Source: Candidatus Thorarchaeota archaeon
GTDB taxonomy: Archaea > Asgardarchaeota > Thorarchaeia > Thorarchaeales > Thorarchaeaceae
DNA length: 6,752 nt
Reading direction: 5' to 3'
NCBI GenBank assembly: GCA_003345555.1
Contig: PRDJ01000015.1
Location: forward strand, 1-6,752
Shown in pieces: positions 5,597 through 6,752 of the stretch. The stretch's first letter is position 1. The number at the start of each line of letters is the position of its first letter. The position numbers and the translations under genes were made by a program. The notes beneath the pieces were generated by a model that saw only the letters and a program-made list of their open reading frames with translations, was not told the origin of the DNA and ran no database searches.

Positions 5597-6466
5597 ATGG
5601 CAGTGCTCGTTGATAAGAAAACGAGAGTCATCGTGCAAGGAATCACGGGTACGCAGGGCACTTTCCATGCGACTGCGATGCTCGACTATGGCACGAAAGT
5701 TGTTGCAGGCACGAGCCCGGGCAAGGGCGGCACAGACATCAAGGGTATACCTGTCTATGATACCGTTAAGGAAGCCAAGAAGGCACAAGATGCAACTGCG
5801 TCCATAATATTCGTGCCTGCCGCTTTCGCTGCAGACGCGGCCCTGGAAGCCATTTCCCAAGGCTTGAACCCCGTAGTAGTAATCACTGAGCATCTCCCTG
5901 TCAAGGATGAGATTCGTGTCATCCACGTAGCTTTCGAACGGGGAATCACCATAATCGGGCCTAATACTCCGGGCATAATCACTCCGAAAGCGAAACAGAA
6001 GGTTGGCATCATGCCGGGGCACGTGTTTGCGCCAGGCAACGTCGGCCTTATGTCACGCAGTGGTACACTAACATACGAGATTGCCGCTGGGATGACTCTG
6101 GCTGGCATCGGGATTTCGACTGCAATCGGATTGGGTGGAGACCCATGTGTCGGCCTGACACCGACAGAAGGATTGAAGCTCTTCAGGAAGGACAAGGAAA
6201 CAAAGGCAATCGTTCTCGTGGGAGAAATAGGAGGAGATGCAGAAGAGAGAGCGGCTGCATACATCAAAGAAGGCTTCGATCTGCCGGTCGTCGCATTCAT
6301 TGCTGGAAGAACAGCCCCTGCCGGCAAGAGAATGGGACATGCGGGAGCTATCATCAGCGGTAGTACCGGCACAGCAGAGGCGAAGATTAGGGCCCTTGAG
6401 GATGCCGGAGTCGCTGTTGCGAAAAGACCCAGTGAGGTGCCTCAGCTCCTGAAGAAGCTCATGTGA
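5597..6466 (+). CDS. sucD: Succinyl-CoA synthetase alpha subunit
   Basis: TRVIVQGITG..GTFH, PGKGG, IIGPNTPG, SRSGTLTYE, GLGGDP, GEIGG and the phospho-histidine motif RMGHAGA. Confidence 0.95.
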   Translation: MAVLVDKKTRVIVQGITGTQGTFHATAMLDYGTKVVAGTSPGKGGTDIKGIPVYDTVKEAKKAQDATASIIFVPAAFAADAALEAISQGLNPVVVITEHLPVKDEIRVIHVAFERGITIIGPNTPGIITPKAKQKVGIMPGHVFAPGNVGLMSRSGTLTYEIAAGMTLAGIGISTAIGLGGDPCVGLTPTEGLKLFRKDKETKAIVLVGEIGGDAEERAAAYIKEGFDLPVVAFIAGRTAPAGKRMGHAGAIISGSTGTAEAKIRALEDAGVAVAKRPSEVPQLLKKLM

Positions 6467-6502
6467 GGACATCCAGCTGTTGGCGTCAATCAATGTGGAA
6501 TG

Positions 6503-6518
6503 AACACAAGTTTTAAAA
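6503..6518 (+). promoter_or_regulatory. Putative BRE+TATA promoter of rpl40e
   Basis: AACACAAG followed by TTTTAAAA (6511-6518), about 70 nt upstream of ATG6589. Confidence 0.55.
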
Positions 6519-6588
6519 CACATCTAGGCTGGGAAGGCTGAGCGGGCTCACTGGAGACAGTCCGTCTGTTGTGCATGAGGTCACACAC

Positions 6589-6747
6589 ATGCCTATTGCT
6601 GACATCGAGAAACGCAGACTTGCTCAGCACTACTTGCTGTACAAGTCCATCTGCCGCTATTGTGGTGCGTCAAATCCCTTGGGAGCCAAGAAATGCAGAA
6701 AATGCCATGGAGATGACCTCAGGCCCAAGAGACGAGGAAAGAAGTAG
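6589..6747 (+). CDS. rpl40e: 50S ribosomal protein L40e (eL40), stand-alone archaeal form
   Basis: Manual translation: MPIADIEKRRLAQHYLLYKSICRYCGASNPLGAKKCRKCHGDDLRPKRRGKK*. It has the L40e zinc motif ICxxC-x-A-x-NP...KCRKC and LRPK. SD-like GAGGT (6577-6581) is 7 nt upstream. Absent from the supplied ORF track, presumably because it is only 52 aa. Confidence 0.95.
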   Translation: MPIADIEKRRLAQHYLLYKSICRYCGASNPLGAKKCRKCHGDDLRPKRRGKK

Positions 6748-6752
6748 GTTCT

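Noticed and set aside
4382-6523. Minus-strand and alternate-frame ORFs over sucC/sucD (e.g. 4382-4744, 5266-5661, 5576-6022, 5755-6372, 6068-6523)
   Set aside because: Shadows of well-supported sucCD with no family motifs.
1-6752. Mobile element, CRISPR array, tRNA or defence island
   Set aside because: No transposase or integrase motifs, terminal repeats, regularly spaced repeats or tRNA cloverleaf were seen. Flanking genes are housekeeping.

Overview
Archaeal core-genome window (TATA/BRE promoters, L40e, NIP7-type and PAC2-type genes). An Asgard/Thorarchaeia-like origin is only a tentative guess. Seven CDSs are supported: (1) the 3' part of a NIP7/UPF0113 PUA-domain gene (+); (2) a convergent PAC2-family proteasome chaperone/activator (-); (3) a tandem PRC-barrel protein (-); (4) a divergently transcribed 739-aa Hel308/Ski2-like protein (+); (5-6) succinyl-CoA synthetase sucC and sucD (+); (7) ribosomal protein L40e (+), a 52-aa ORF missing from the supplied track. 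The 739-aa protein stands out. It keeps the Hel308 layout, but Walker A, Walker B (DExH), motif III and motif VI are all substituted. A SWIM zinc-finger module is inserted into its winged-helix domain and the C-terminal HhH region appears absent. It looks like an intact pseudo-helicase/SWIM scaffold. No mobile element, CRISPR array, tRNA or rRNA was seen. All family assignments are from motif recognition by eye, not database searches.
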